Source: Gemmatimonadota bacterium (GTDB lineage Bacteria > Gemmatimonadota > Gemmatimonadetes > Longimicrobiales > Gaopeijiaceae). From it: a stretch of 24,747 nt of DNA. A program made the translations under genes and the position numbers. Below are positions 15,582 through 24,711 of this stretch, piece after piece (position 1 is the first letter of the stretch; every line of letters starts with the position of its first letter). Below the pieces are notes generated by a model. That model was given only the letters and a program-made list of their open reading frames with translations. It was not told the DNA's origin and ran no database searches. Location of the stretch: contig JBDHHQ010000091.1 in NCBI GenBank assembly GCA_039589315.1, forward strand, positions 1 through 24,747. Reading direction: 5' to 3'.

Positions 15582-16232
15582 TCATTGCTTCGCGCCGGAG
15601 CTGCGGCCGGCCTCCGATTCGAGCCGACGCTCGAGTACTGCAGCGACCGTGCCCCAGACGCTCCGGCCGCCGCTCCGCATGTCGAAGTCGCGGTACCGGG
15701 TGAGCGCCGCCGCCACGTCAGAGCTCTCATACGCGTACGCGATCTTCCAGGGGACTGTCTCGGCCAGTTCATGCGTGATCCCGGGACCGGAGAGCAGACG
15801 CTCCCAGCGGTCGATGGCTGCTGGTGGGTCGTCCTCCACCTGCACCGAGGCGATCGCGTCCTGAACCTCAAGGTTCGGGTCCGAGTCGAAAGCACGAAGA
15901 AGCTGATCCCGCTCCGCCGGGTAGCGCCGAAGGAGATACCTTATGGCGGCGCCGCGCCACCCCATGTCTGGTCTTTCCAGCATGAAGTGGGCAAGCGTGT
16001 GCAGCCGGGCGTACGCCGGTGCGTGCTCGAGGAGAGCCCACAGGCGATCATACGTCTGGCCATCGAAGATTTCACGGCGCGCTTCAGCGACCTGAGCGTC
16101 GTATAGCGCAGTCGCCTCAGCCGACGATATCAGATGCTCCCCGCGACGAACTGCACGGATTAGACGGCTCAGCTGATCACACCTTGTCTCCCTGTCAGGC
16201 TCCGCGAGCGCATCTAGGACCGATGTCGTCAT
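15582..16232 (-). CDS. Putative immunity protein for the Rhs toxin (alpha-helical, HEAT-like), 216 aa
   Basis: ATGA overlap with the rhs stop (translational coupling); helical-repeat-like sequence ('FDSDPNLEVQDAIA'). Confidence 0.75.
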   Translation of the reverse strand: MTTSVLDALAEPDRETRCDQLSRLIRAVRRGEHLISSAEATALYDAQVAEARREIFDGQTYDRLWALLEHAPAYARLHTLAHFMLERPDMGWRGAAIRYLLRRYPAERDQLLRAFDSDPNLEVQDAIASVQVEDDPPAAIDRWERLLSGPGITHELAETVPWKIAYAYESSDVAAALTRYRDFDMRSGGRSVWGTVAAVLERRLESEAGRSSGAKQ

Positions 16233-19200
16233 CCTGGTCCCTCGATCGTTGTGTGGTTTGCTGGAAAGTCGGTGTTCGCGGTCTGGTCTCCATTGTCACC
16301 GTACGTATCGTAGACACCCGGGGTGAATTGCTCGTTATAGGAATCCGCCGCGTCACCCTCCGAGCTACCAGGTGGAAGCACAGGATCACCGTCTCGGGTT
16401 GTGGCCCCGTCTCGGCGCTCCTGATCATTTGGCAGATGCTCGCGGTGCACGTGCGCCGGCTCGCCATGAAAATCCTCTCCGGGCGGAATGAAGTCAGGAC
16501 GCTCGTGTCCGTGCTGGTCCATGCGCACAGCCTCATAGTTGCCGTTCTCATCCCTGCGCATCCAGATCTCGCTGCCGCCTCTTGGGTCCGTGGCAGTTCG
16601 CGTACCGACCGGGTTGCCGTCGTCATCGAAGACAGGGAGCTCCACAGTTCGCTCGTGCTGTGTCTGAGAGAACCCTGCGTCTTCGAGGATTCTGCGTATC
16701 TCCGAGGCGCTCATATTCTCAAATGAGGGTAGGTCGGAGAACGGCGGCGTATCACCTCGAACAACGGGCTCAAGCTCACTTGGTCGGGGCAAGTCCTCGT
16801 GCTCCAGGCCCTCTTCCTCAGCGCGCCTTGTTCCCGCCTCACAAGCCGGACAGGGATCCAGGCCCCGGAGGTCCACGTTCGCGAGCGGGCTCGCCGTATA
16901 GGCATACAGATTGAACCCACCCATGAGCCCTGCGGGGTCCGGCTGCAAGTAGCGGCCCAGCTCGGGGCTGTAGTACCGGAACCGGTTGTAATGGAGTTGA
17001 GTTTCCGTATCGAAATAGTGTCCCGGGAATCGGAGGTTCAGCGAGACGGAGCTCTCTGCGTCGACCTCGGTCGCTCCGTAGGAGGACATCCGCGCAGACC
17101 ACACGACGGAACCGCTTTCGTCCTCGACCAACCGAGGTGCGCCAATCTGGTCGGTAAAGAGGAAATGGATCCGCCCCGACTCCGGCTCAGCATCCAGGGC
17201 CGCGAACTCCACGAAGAAGAGGGGGACCATGGCCAGCGGAGCCGCGTACACGTAGATGCGGACGGTACCGTCCGCTGCGACCTCTGCGGCGAGCCGGTCA
17301 GCGTCCCAGTAGAACTCTGTGCAAGCGCCACGGAACGTCTTGGTAGCGCGACGGCCGAGAGGATCGTAGGTGGCTTCCCAAGCTTCGCCCCGAATGTCAC
17401 ACCGGATCAGCATGTCCTTCGAATCGTACCAGTATCGCGTCTCCCCTCCTGCCCCCGCTCGAGTGCTCATGTTGTTGCGGTCGTCGTACGCGAACCGATC
17501 TCCGTTAACCTTCTCGAGACGGTTCCCCTGCAGGAGGACGACCTCCTCTAGCCCAGGAGCCCGGATGAGGTTATCGCCGTCGTCGTACGCGTAGGTAGCT
17601 TCGCTGCCGTCGGACGACGACACCGAGACGAGGCGGTGCGCGAAGTCGTAGCCGTACTTGGTGGCACCCCGCTCGCTGTCCCTGGCCTCTAGCAAGTCTC
17701 CTTCACCCGAGTAGGCGAACGTCCGCTTCCAGAGGTCGCGAGAAAGGTTGCGGCTCGAAGCCTTCAGGAGGCCACGTCCCTCGTGATCATACTGAGACAG
17801 CTCAGATGTCCCGTTCGAGAAGCGCCGAAGAAAGACCCCGCCGCCAAGCGGTCTAATCGAGTGGTCCCCGCCCATAGGGTCGGTGATCCCGACCCTCCCC
17901 CCAGGGCCATATGTGTAGCGGACATCAAAGCGGCCCAGGTACGTGGTGCCAACGAGTCGCCCGACGTTGTCGAACCGGTGCTCGACGCCCTTACCGTTCC
18001 TTTTGTCTTCGACACGGTTGCCCCATTCGTCGTATGCGAACCCAACCGCGAGATCATCCGTGGAGACCGACCGGAAGCGACCGTGCTCGTCGTACTCGAA
18101 GAAGTGATTCTCCCCCGACCGCAGATGCCGAGCTGCCTTCCGGTTGCCTGAACCGATCTCGTACGAGACCACAGACTCGCCCAGACCGTTGAGCTTCTCC
18201 ACGAGCTGGTCTGCGTCGTCGTAGCGGTATCGCTCCTTCACGACGCCGTGGCGGCGGACCTCGACAAGGCGGTCCCGCAAGTCGTATGCATACTCGCTCG
18301 TGGACCCTCCGCGATCCGTGATGGCCGAGATCCGCTCCGTGGACGTGTACTGGTACCTCACCGATCGCTGCAAGGCGTCGGTGCAACTTGACATCTGGTT
18401 CCAGCCCCGGAAGCGGAAGATCCGCTCCGAGCCGTCGAAGTCCGTGAAGCGATGGAGGTTGCCGTTGGGGTCGTACACATATCGTCGCGCACGACCGGCC
18501 GGGGTCTCCTCTCTGATGAGGTTCCCGAAGTCGTCATAGACCTTGCGCGTCGCACCGAGCCAGACCCCGCCGGCAGCCGGTGGCCGGGGAACACCCCGGA
18601 ACTGAGGCGGTAGGTGCTCCAACGAGGGCTCACGAGCCCTCCGACCGAACCGAAGCGAGAGGTCTCCGTACTCCCACTCCAGGGCGCTCCTCGGAATGCG
18701 GTGCTCCCACCGGTCTTGGCGGTGAGGGGGCTCGGGCACTGGTGTGAATCGCTCGATGGGGCTTATCCGTCCGGCGAGGCCGCCGGCCGAATCGTAGACG
18801 AGCGTCGTGGCGTTACCGTTCGCATCCACCTCGAGATCCGTACGCCCAGTCCCGTCCGGTATGAAGGTGAGCACGCCGCCGTACGGATCGATAATCTTCG
18901 TGAGGTTGCCAGTCTCGTAGAGATAGGTCCACTCGCCCTCGTCGGCCCGGGTTACGACGGTAGCACCTTCGGCAGTGAGAAAGCGCAGCCGAGTGTCGTG
19001 CAGGCCGTCTTCACCAGCTGTTCGGACGCACCTCCCGTGTTTGTCGTAGAAGAACCGGAATGAATAACCGAGTCGGTCGCTCCGACGGTCAACACGGTTC
19101 AGAGCGTCGTAATCGAAGCTGAAGACGCTTCCGTACGGATCCGTCCCTCGCACAAGGTTCCCGGCGTCGTCGTACTCGTACGTTAGGAGGATTCGGTCCG

Positions 19201-19768
19201 GCCTGTCCCGTCCTCCGGGAATCCAGAGACGAACGAGGAGCCCTCGTTCATCTGATTCGACCCGGATGGTGCGACCACTGGAATCGAGAATGCTACGAAG
19301 GCGAGCCCCTTCATCGTACACGAACTCGATGGTAGCCTCACCCTTGCGAAGTCGGGTCAGCGGAACCGGTCTGGCGAAGTCTCGCACCTCGAACTGGCCG
19401 ACGGGCTGTCTCCCCTGCGCGACCTCGTAGAGCGTCGGGGCGATCCTGCGCAGCCTCAGTCCTGCGCGTGCGACTTGCTCACCGTCTGCCAGCAGCGGGG
19501 GGAAGCCGACCGCGCGTTCGAGCGGTCCAACGTGCCGAACTCCATCGGCGTCGAAGATCAGCGTTCGATCGAAAGCGTGCGAGTGTCCCCAGCCCAGGGA
19601 GAAACGTCGATGGCAGAGGGAGCTGTCGTAGTGTCGCTCCCAATCCAGAACCAGAGGCCCGGTGAGCCTGAAATCACGAGTCACCTCGGTGTTCGCGCCA
19701 GTGATGACGCTCACCGGATCGCCGACGAACTCCCAGTCCTTACCGCACGACACGCTGAGGGCCCTCAC
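16229..19768 (-). CDS. rhs: Rhs/YD-repeat toxin (DUF6531 + Rhs core + 209-aa C-terminal toxin domain)
   Basis: 'GDPVSVITG....DF.L.GPL.L.WER.Y.S....LGWG.SH' (DUF6531), many YD repeats, core end 'LRFPGHYFDTETQLHYNRFRYYSPELGRYLQPDPAGL.GG.NLYAY...P...VDLRGL'. Confidence 0.96.
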   Translation of the reverse strand: MRALSVSCGKDWEFVGDPVSVITGANTEVTRDFRLTGPLVLDWERHYDSSLCHRRFSLGWGHSHAFDRTLIFDADGVRHVGPLERAVGFPPLLADGEQVARAGLRLRRIAPTLYEVAQGRQPVGQFEVRDFARPVPLTRLRKGEATIEFVYDEGARLRSILDSSGRTIRVESDERGLLVRLWIPGGRDRPDRILLTYEYDDAGNLVRGTDPYGSVFSFDYDALNRVDRRSDRLGYSFRFFYDKHGRCVRTAGEDGLHDTRLRFLTAEGATVVTRADEGEWTYLYETGNLTKIIDPYGGVLTFIPDGTGRTDLEVDANGNATTLVYDSAGGLAGRISPIERFTPVPEPPHRQDRWEHRIPRSALEWEYGDLSLRFGRRAREPSLEHLPPQFRGVPRPPAAGGVWLGATRKVYDDFGNLIREETPAGRARRYVYDPNGNLHRFTDFDGSERIFRFRGWNQMSSCTDALQRSVRYQYTSTERISAITDRGGSTSEYAYDLRDRLVEVRRHGVVKERYRYDDADQLVEKLNGLGESVVSYEIGSGNRKAARHLRSGENHFFEYDEHGRFRSVSTDDLAVGFAYDEWGNRVEDKRNGKGVEHRFDNVGRLVGTTYLGRFDVRYTYGPGGRVGITDPMGGDHSIRPLGGGVFLRRFSNGTSELSQYDHEGRGLLKASSRNLSRDLWKRTFAYSGEGDLLEARDSERGATKYGYDFAHRLVSVSSSDGSEATYAYDDGDNLIRAPGLEEVVLLQGNRLEKVNGDRFAYDDRNNMSTRAGAGGETRYWYDSKDMLIRCDIRGEAWEATYDPLGRRATKTFRGACTEFYWDADRLAAEVAADGTVRIYVYAAPLAMVPLFFVEFAALDAEPESGRIHFLFTDQIGAPRLVEDESGSVVWSARMSSYGATEVDAESSVSLNLRFPGHYFDTETQLHYNRFRYYSPELGRYLQPDPAGLMGGFNLYAYTASPLANVDLRGLDPCPACEAGTRRAEEEGLEHEDLPRPSELEPVVRGDTPPFSDLPSFENMSASEIRRILEDAGFSQTQHERTVELPVFDDDGNPVGTRTATDPRGGSEIWMRRDENGNYEAVRMDQHGHERPDFIPPGEDFHGEPAHVHREHLPNDQERRDGATTRDGDPVLPPGSSEGDAADSYNEQFTPGVYDTYGDNGDQTANTDFPANHTTIEGPG

Positions 19769-20841
19769 TTCCCGCAGTTGTTGGGCTGGGTCGACCCGGC
19801 ATCGTCGTCGATGGCCGGTGGCCGCGGAGCGAATCGCTTGAGCTTGTCCAGCAGATAATCCACCGGGTTGGGAATGTTGACCATCGGAAAGCCGCCGATG
19901 AGCACGTTCGGATGCCCCAGGATCAATGCGCCCATGGCACCAGGCGGGATCCCAGGGTCTTTCCCCATCGCCTTCGTCATTGCCTTCGCCGCGGCATCTG
20001 CCGCCATTTGGGCGGACGTCATCGCGGCCGATAGCGCTTTGGCTGACGCCATTGCAGCGTCGTCCTCCACCGCCGCCTCCGCGACGTCGGCCGCGATGGA
20101 TGCGGCTCCGGCTACGACCCCCGCGACCTCAATAGCCGTTGACGCGACTTCCGCCGCCTTTCCTACGGCTTGCATGAATTTGCCGGCCTCCACCTTGCGA
20201 TCGTCGGCCTGGGAGCACGCAGTGCACACGTCCAGGAACCTTGCAGCCCGGTTGCCCCCTATGAACGTGTTCGAGGAGCCCGTCTTCACCTGAAAGAACG
20301 GGACAATACCGCCGCACGTGGGAGCAACCCCGATGTCACCACAGCGGGCGGCCGGCATGTTGTTGATCAGAACGCGAACGCACGTACCCAGTGTGATAGG
20401 CCCCAAGCTGGGCAATGGAACCGGCGGCGCCGGCGGTACGAGACTAGGGGGATGGCTGTGAGCATGTGGTGGACCCAGGTAACTCATTCCGATCGTCGCC
20501 GCAGGAAGCGAGGGGAAGACGGCGGCGATGGGAGCCGTGAGATTCGCGAAGCCGACATTCAGCATGTCCTGACCAAGCCCGATCAGGCCCGTGACTCCGC
20601 CGATGATCTGCTGCACCTGGCGGACCCGCTGTGCGACGCGCTCCCCAGTCGATAGATTGGCGCCGGGAGGATTCTGTGGCCCTTCGAGAGCTTTGCCGAA
20701 CGAGTCGTACCAGTTCGTAGCGACTCCTCCCATAGCGGACACCGTGTTGCCAGCCTGCTCCAAAGCGGCGTCCGATCGTTCGGGAGTATTGGAGACCCTT
20801 TCATGGAAGGTGTCTCGGTAGACCTCCCAGGCGCTCGGCAT
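19765..20841 (-). CDS. PAAR-domain protein with N-terminal extension and Ala-rich insert, 358 aa
   Basis: 'LPAATIG...HAHSHPP', 'VLINNMPAARCGD...PTC', 'TGSSNTFIGGNRAARFLD..C', 'GHPNVLIGG'. Confidence 0.9.
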   Translation of the reverse strand: MPSAWEVYRDTFHERVSNTPERSDAALEQAGNTVSAMGGVATNWYDSFGKALEGPQNPPGANLSTGERVAQRVRQVQQIIGGVTGLIGLGQDMLNVGFANLTAPIAAVFPSLPAATIGMSYLGPPHAHSHPPSLVPPAPPVPLPSLGPITLGTCVRVLINNMPAARCGDIGVAPTCGGIVPFFQVKTGSSNTFIGGNRAARFLDVCTACSQADDRKVEAGKFMQAVGKAAEVASTAIEVAGVVAGAASIAADVAEAAVEDDAAMASAKALSAAMTSAQMAADAAAKAMTKAMGKDPGIPPGAMGALILGHPNVLIGGFPMVNIPNPVDYLLDKLKRFAPRPPAIDDDAGSTQPNNCGK

Positions 20842-20844
20842 TCC

Positions 20845-22104
20845 TTACTCCGCCGGATCCGAGGACGGGGCCGACGGCGTTGCCGCCAGCTCTCGTTCCA
20901 GTTGTCGCAGCGGCTCTTGGTCCGAGGTAGCGGCGCAATGATCGCGTAGCCGGCTGAGCAATCTCTCGAAGAGATCGTGCTCTTCCACCGTCTTGGCGAC
21001 CCGAGCCCCCTCGATCCAACTCTCCAGGGCCTCCGGCACCTTGTTCTGCTCATATTGAGCGAACCCCTGGTTCTCAAGAGCCTGCACAAGAACCCTCGGC
21101 AACATCTGTGCAGTCGCCATTTGTCCGGCGCCGTCGTAATAGGTTTCTGCCTCAGTCCACCTCTCCTGTGACAAGGTCAGGTTTCCGAGATTCAGGAATA
21201 TATTCAGTAGAATCGGAATTGGCGGCGCCTTCAAGTCCACCACAGGCTCGCAAGCATATTCGAAGTACGCTTCCGCCTGCGTGGGATCCCCAAGTTGGCT
21301 GTGGCATTCGCCAATGGCATTAAGAACAAACGCTGCCATAGGAGCATTCTGGATCTTTGCAAAGAAGGGCAGCACTGCATGGTATTTGTCCAGAGCGTCG
21401 GCGTAGCGTTTGTGTGACGAGTCCGTTGCTGCCATAACAAGCACATCTTGAGCCTGCCGGTCGATCGGCACCTCCTCGTCAACCAGCTCTTCTTCAAGGC
21501 TCCTTTGAATTGCCTCCTGACTCACATCGGGTTCATAGACCCGGACGCCAAGATGCGTTCGTAGCAGCCAAGAAGTCTCAGGCGCCTCCTTGTCCTCGCG
21601 GATGATCATTCGAATATGATGACACCATGGGAAGGGTCGCTCATGGTGCGTGACTTCGGCCATCAGCCGGGCGTAGGACGCCGCATCTGCAATCTCGAGG
21701 GGGAAGAAGCTCCACACCAGTAGTCCCCCCTCTTGGGTGGGGAGCAACGACCGTGCAAAGCTCATAAGGTGACGGATGCGTTCGCTGGCGGGCACGTCTT
21801 GGTCACGGAGGTGAGGCGGCAACGCAGGCCAAGGGTCCATTCCCGCTTCCTTCATTGCCAGTCTAACGCCGTCGTGCCGGGCCGAGTAGGCCTCGAGCAG
21901 CGTCGCAGCGTAGCCGGCCGGAGAGTCGTAGTCCTCGGTGAACGTCCAAAAAAGTGCCCACGACGTGGCATCGTCCAGTCCCTCGAGAGTTTTGAGCACC
22001 GATATGGCCTCACTCTCCCTAGTGGACACGACGAGGACTGCGTCATCCCTTTGATCGAGGAACGCCTGTAACTCGTTGTTAATCCTCTCGAAAAGTCTCA
22101 GCAC
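20845..22104 (-). CDS. TPR-containing hypothetical protein, candidate adaptor/chaperone between VgrG2 and PAAR/Rhs
   Basis: C-terminal TPR-like helices ('VLNAIGECHSQLGDPTQAEAYFEYA', 'FLNLGNLTLSQERWTEAETYYDGA', 'ALENQGFAQYEQNKVPEALESW'); GTG start with AGGGAG upstream; ends 3 bp before the PAAR gene. Confidence 0.8.
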   Translation of the reverse strand: MLRLFERINNELQAFLDQRDDAVLVVSTRESEAISVLKTLEGLDDATSWALFWTFTEDYDSPAGYAATLLEAYSARHDGVRLAMKEAGMDPWPALPPHLRDQDVPASERIRHLMSFARSLLPTQEGGLLVWSFFPLEIADAASYARLMAEVTHHERPFPWCHHIRMIIREDKEAPETSWLLRTHLGVRVYEPDVSQEAIQRSLEEELVDEEVPIDRQAQDVLVMAATDSSHKRYADALDKYHAVLPFFAKIQNAPMAAFVLNAIGECHSQLGDPTQAEAYFEYACEPVVDLKAPPIPILLNIFLNLGNLTLSQERWTEAETYYDGAGQMATAQMLPRVLVQALENQGFAQYEQNKVPEALESWIEGARVAKTVEEHDLFERLLSRLRDHCAATSDQEPLRQLERELAATPSAPSSDPAE

Positions 22105-22165
22105 GAATGACGCTTCTCCCTATCCGTGAACATGCGCGGCGTTCTATTCGGCAGTCGGGTTCCGG

Positions 22166-24127
22166 TCAGTTTATCTTCACCAGGGCACCCGCGATTTCGT
22201 GCATGCCGACGGCGGATGAGTTGATCGCGGCTCCAGCCACACCGACTTTCTGCTTGTCGCAGGTGACATTCTGATTCCCCACTCCCATCTTCGCTTCGTC
22301 CCCGCCCGTGATCTGTACCTTTTTGCCCGAAATCGTGATCGTGCCATCCGATTTGAGCTGCACGAGGCTGTCACCGGTCGACAGCTTGATCTCGCTTGCT
22401 GCCATGATGTGCACTTCAGCGCCGGACGAATTGATCGTGATTCGGCCAGTGGCCGTCGTCGTCTGAGTGGCGCTGTAGTCTTCCGTCAGGGCGCCCTGAA
22501 CGTGGTAGGTCGCGGTGCCCGTCTGGACATCGTGCGACAATGTGCCTTCGCTTACCGTAATCGTCGTATTCCCCTTGATCGTCTCGGTGAGCTTACCGTC
22601 CACCGTCACGGAGCGGTCGTTCGTGACGGTGGCGGACTGATCGTGGCCTACGGAGGTGTTCATGTCGTACTGCGCGGTCACCGTCATCATCTCCTCACCG
22701 GCGGTGTCGCGCATGCTGATCTGGTTGGCGCCGCCGCCGCCGGGTGAGCTCCGGGACTTCATCCCCATCTCGATCCCGGCGCCGGGCAGCTCGAGCGGCG
22801 GCATCTGGTTGGCGTTGTAGACGCTCCCCACGATGAGCGGCCGGTCCGGATCCCCCTCCAGGAAGTCGACGATGACCTCATTGCCGATCCGGGGAATGGA
22901 TACGGCGCCGTAGCCACCGCCACCCCAGGGGGTGCCCACGCGGATCCAGCACGAGCTGTTCTCGTCGCGAGACCCGAGACGGTCCCAATAGAACTGGACC
23001 TTCACGCGGCCGTAGGAATCCGTGTAGATCTCTTCGCCTGACGGCCCGACCACGATGGCGGTCTGGGATCCGTGGACCGTCGGCTTACGGTGCAGAGGCT
23101 GCGGCCGATACGGCACGTCGTGAGGCAAGGTCAGGAAGCTGTTGTGGTAATCCCCTTCGGTGCCACCACCGGAGCGGTAGTCACCGGCACTCCCCGAGTG
23201 GGATATCTGAGCCAGGGTGTAGACCTGATTCAGCTCGGGCGAGGAGTGGTCCTCGAGCGCGAATCGATATCCGCTCGTGAACGCGCGGCAATTGCTCTCG
23301 CCGTATACAATCTGGCGCCCCGCTTCTAGCGCTTCCAGCGCCAAGCGGGCGTAGCGCTCGCCCTCTTCCAGCTCCGTGTACCGGCGCGGGTGATAGTCGT
23401 AGATCTCCTGCTCCTCCTCTCCAGCGATGCTGGAAAGCAGGTCCATGGTAGGCTGCTCGAAGTCGTAGTCCTGGAGCGTCACCGTGCCCACGTGCACCGA
23501 CTTCTCGCTCCTCAAGGCGGTGACCACGTCCTCTTCGGGAACCGGGTCCGACCGCCACGCAGCCGCCGGCTTGTGCTCGAGCTCCTCGATCGACGAGTTG
23601 TCGTCCGCGATGACCAGGACGTGCCCGTTCTCCGTGTGCTCGAAGAAGTAGAGGATCCCCTCCTCTTCCATGAGCCGGCTCACGAAGTTCAGGTGCGACT
23701 CGCGGTATTGGACGCAGTACGTCCGCTGCGGATAGCTCCCCGTGCATCGTACGTCGAAATCGGAGAACCCCAGTCCGGTGAAGACCTCTTCCACGATTTC
23801 CAGGACCGTCTTCTCCTGGAAGATCTTGCAGTCCCTGGACAACGACAGGAACCAGAGCCAGGGCACGATCTCGGCTTCGTAGGCCCTCAGATCCTCTTCC
23901 TGGTCACCCGCCACGAACCGGTTGATGAGGCCGTGGATGTAGCGGGTCTCACCGTTTTCCAGCTCGATCGACAGGTAGGCCGGAGTCCTGAGAAGGTCGT
24001 CGGCAGACACCGAGTCGTTCTCGGAGAGCAGTCTGAGTCGGTATGAGAAGGGTGTCGAGATACCCTCCACGCCCGTGAACGAGTGGAGTAGCAGCTCGTC
24101 CTCCTCCAGAACCGTGTCGACCCGCAT
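22166..24127 (-). CDS. vgrG: VgrG (TssI) spike protein 2; VgrG-like coding extends upstream of the first ATG, with the frame open to 24169
   Basis: Same gp27/gp5 motifs as vgrG1 with an intact tip ('GALVKIN'); the in-frame codons upstream of the ATG read GNYTQEGRS, matching vgrG1 'GAYAQANRQ', but contain no start codon. Confidence 0.95.
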   Translation of the reverse strand: MRVDTVLEEDELLLHSFTGVEGISTPFSYRLRLLSENDSVSADDLLRTPAYLSIELENGETRYIHGLINRFVAGDQEEDLRAYEAEIVPWLWFLSLSRDCKIFQEKTVLEIVEEVFTGLGFSDFDVRCTGSYPQRTYCVQYRESHLNFVSRLMEEEGILYFFEHTENGHVLVIADDNSSIEELEHKPAAAWRSDPVPEEDVVTALRSEKSVHVGTVTLQDYDFEQPTMDLLSSIAGEEEQEIYDYHPRRYTELEEGERYARLALEALEAGRQIVYGESNCRAFTSGYRFALEDHSSPELNQVYTLAQISHSGSAGDYRSGGGTEGDYHNSFLTLPHDVPYRPQPLHRKPTVHGSQTAIVVGPSGEEIYTDSYGRVKVQFYWDRLGSRDENSSCWIRVGTPWGGGGYGAVSIPRIGNEVIVDFLEGDPDRPLIVGSVYNANQMPPLELPGAGIEMGMKSRSSPGGGGANQISMRDTAGEEMMTVTAQYDMNTSVGHDQSATVTNDRSVTVDGKLTETIKGNTTITVSEGTLSHDVQTGTATYHVQGALTEDYSATQTTTATGRITINSSGAEVHIMAASEIKLSTGDSLVQLKSDGTITISGKKVQITGGDEAKMGVGNQNVTCDKQKVGVAGAAINSSAVGMHEIAGALVKIN

Positions 24128-24624
24128 CGACCGGCCCTCTTGCGTGTAGTTGCCGGCCGCGGTGCAGCGCTACGAGCCGCAGCCGAGGTGGAGTGGGCGA
24201 CCGGTGCCGCGGCTTGGGCAAGCTGTGTCATGAGGCCGGCAGCGGCCGGGAGCTCCGGAGCGAGCTCCATGGCCCGGCCCGCCAGGGACTCGGCTGCCGC
24301 CAGATCCGATGGATTGCCCCACTCCTGGAACCGGTTCGCGTGGGCCGTTGCAGCCTCCGTGAGAAGGGCTGGGTCCGTTGGTTGGAGCGGCACGGCCTGA
24401 GCGAACTCCTTGATGGCACCGTCGAGGTCGCCCTGCTGCATCATGGCGTTGGCTTGCTCACGGCCGGCCTGGGCCATCTGCTGGACCTGCGCCATGTCGC
24501 TGTCGGAGAGCCCCGCCTCCTGGGCGGCCGCCTGCATCTCTTCCGCGCTCGGCCACGCCCCGCCTTCGTGCATGGCCTGAGCCGTCTCGGCGTATTGCTG
24601 GATGCGTTCTTGTTCGGCGCTCAT
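23887..24624 (-). CDS. TPR-like helical domain (about 155 aa, 24624 to about 24160); probably the N-terminal part of vgrG2 separated by a one-base frameshift
   Basis: 'GREQANAMMQQGDLDGAIKEFAQAVPLQPTDPALL...AESLAGRAMELAPE' is TPR-like and is followed by an Ala/Pro linker; the rest of the ORF is out-of-frame vgrG2 sequence (241-bp overlap); RBS AAGGA. Confidence 0.7.
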   Translation of the reverse strand: MSAEQERIQQYAETAQAMHEGGAWPSAEEMQAAAQEAGLSDSDMAQVQQMAQAGREQANAMMQQGDLDGAIKEFAQAVPLQPTDPALLTEAATAHANRFQEWGNPSDLAAAESLAGRAMELAPELPAAAGLMTQLAQAAAPVAHSTSAAARSAAPRPATTRKRAGRCGSTRFWRRTSCYSTRSRAWRVSRHPSHTDSDCSPRTTRCLPTTFSGLRPTCRSSWKTVRPATSTASSTGSWRVTRKRI

Positions 24625-24711
24625 CGGAATCCAGTCCTTTGAGGTCCCTGGGGGCCCTCAACCGTTGAAGTCCAGGCCATCGCCGACTCTGCCGGTCGAC
24701 GTGCTCGTCCC

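Noticed and set aside
15548..15895. N-terminal half of ORF 15119..15895
   Set aside because: It is an out-of-frame shadow of the immunity-candidate gene; protein-like sequence starts at ATG 15547.
504..24661. Numerous long Arg/Pro/Ala-rich alternative-frame and antisense ORFs (e.g. 1554..2585, 5917..7161, 9822..10799, 12670..13521)
   Set aside because: Expected shadow ORFs in high-GC DNA; they overlap well-supported genes and show no motifs.
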